Shown here: positions 61,240 to 64,000 of the stretch, piece after piece | How positions within the stretch are numbered: the first letter of the stretch is position 1 | How the letters are laid out: every line of letters begins with the position of its first letter | NCBI GenBank assembly: GCA_964291405.2 | Contig: OZ219926.1 | Span: forward strand, 3,840,001 to 3,904,000 | DNA length: 64,000 bases | From: Thermodesulfobacteriota bacterium | Lineage (GTDB): Bacteria > Desulfobacterota > Binatia > Bin18 | Direction: 5' to 3' | Made by a program: the position numbers and the translations under genes | The notes under the pieces: model-generated | Database searches by the model: none | What the model saw: the letters and a program-made list of their open reading frames with translations, nothing else | What the model was told of the DNA's origin: nothing

Positions 61240-61515
61240 ATGCGGGACCCAGAAGCACTCTGTCGCCATGTGAGTCAGGTTCTTGTGGAGGCATTGTGCA
61301 CGAAGGGTGCGATCCGCCTGAGTGGGCAACGGGCGGCGGTTGCGAACAAGGTTGAGAACGCGTTACTCGCGAACTTCCGCCAAGAAGCCGCCCTTGAAAA
61401 GGAAGCCGAGCGGTTAGCCGAAGCGCATATCCAGAAAACGCCAACGGTTGATCGCTATAAGGTCATCCAGCTCATTAAGCGACGCTTAGCCGAAGAGCGG
61501 GACTTTGCGCTATGA
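61240..61515 (+). CDS. DUF507 family protein
   Basis: ~90 aa helical protein ending IKRRLAEERDFAL; first of a tandem pair. Confidence 0.7.
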   Translation: MRDPEALCRHVSQVLVEALCTKGAIRLSGQRAAVANKVENALLANFRQEAALEKEAERLAEAHIQKTPTVDRYKVIQLIKRRLAEERDFAL

Positions 61516-61781
61516 GCGATCTGTCCGACACCCGCGTTACCGCTCTGGCTCGTTCGGCTTTACGGGCCATTGCCGCAGAAGGCAAGATTGTCAATGAAAG
61601 AGGGGCATTGATCGAGAGTAAACGGATATTGAGCTCTTATTTTCAGCAGGGAGACGCAATCGATGCGGCGGTGCGGCGAAAGATTCATTCTCTGTCGAGA
61701 AAAGTCGCCCCAGGAAGTACGGAATGGGATGTCCTGTATCGTCGGTATTTTGAAGAGGAGTCCCGAAAGCGAAAATTCTGA
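61512..61781 (+). CDS. DUF507 family protein
   Basis: IDAAVRRKIHSLSRKVAPGSTEWDVLYRRYFEEE signature; ATGA overlap with the previous gene. Confidence 0.8.
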   Translation: MSDLSDTRVTALARSALRAIAAEGKIVNERGALIESKRILSSYFQQGDAIDAAVRRKIHSLSRKVAPGSTEWDVLYRRYFEEESRKRKF

Positions 61782-61791
61782 GCGCTGACGG

Positions 61792-61820
61792 TTGACAACA
61801 CCAGAAGAGTGATTATTTTC
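61792..61820 (+). promoter_or_regulatory. Putative sigma70 promoter of groES-groEL
   Basis: TTGACA-N17-TATTTT. Confidence 0.45.
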
Positions 61821-61904
61821 CCCCCAGCCTGAGCGGGGGTGGAATCCCTCCCATAGAGAAGATTCACAGTTAAGGAAACACGTCTGAGAGAAAGGAGACG
61901 AGGT

Positions 61905-63886
<1,982 letters not shown>

Positions 63887-63909
63887 TCTCCCTACGTTGC
63901 ACAATCGTC

Positions 63910-63941
63910 AAAAAAGGCCCTACAAAAGTAGGGCCTTTTTT
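63910..63941 (+). terminator. Rho-independent (bidirectional-type) terminator after groEL
   Basis: aaaaaaggccctac-aaaa-gtagggcctttttt. Confidence 0.9.
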
Positions 63942-64000
63942 ATTGCTGGGGTGGGGAAATCGGACGGGTCTAATCTTCGGACAGCCCGGTGATCCGAATC

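Noticed and set aside
61782-61904. CIRCE operator or structured RNA before groES
   Set aside because: Only a degenerate half-site (GAGTGATTA) with no matching left arm; the hairpins are short and unspecific.
63945-64000. Imperfect hairpin at the right edge
   Set aside because: Truncated by the window end; not enough sequence to call a repeat or RNA.

Overview
Bacterial chromosomal window, GC-rich by eye. Gene order and content (xseAB-ispA-tlyA, pyrR-pyrB-pyrC-carAB-recG, alaC-hom-thrC-apgM-glpX, tandem DUF507 before groES-groEL, several LLM oxidoreductases and amidohydrolases) suggest a Deltaproteobacteria-like diderm such as Binatota or a relative; this taxon call is inference only. Bases 1-15 kb are accessory catabolic and envelope genes. 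Bases 15-34 kb and 44-64 kb are mostly housekeeping. Between recG and alaC lies a ~10 kb defence-type island without an integrase (33949-43836). It holds a DUF6338-like 3-TM protein with a predicted Sm-like C-terminal domain, a broken Type IIG restriction-modification gene, an intact ~1455-aa NACHT/STAND NTPase with a C-terminal PD-(D/E)XK nuclease, and a BrnA antitoxin remnant. The island is bracketed by two small, outward-pointing, Pro/Gln-rich peptide genes sharing a D-[LF]-x-R-[SG]-Y motif; one is too short for the supplied ORF track. The best candidates for an undescribed system are the peptide plus DUF6338-like module and the NACHT-nuclease. Other notable signals: a Tat-signal LLM oxidoreductase, an isobutyryl-CoA-type mutase, a PyrR attenuator, several REP-like and inverted short-tandem-repeat elements, and a duplicated dnaB leader. 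No rRNA, tRNA, CRISPR array, transposase or integrase was seen. All family assignments are from motif recognition and recall, not database searches.
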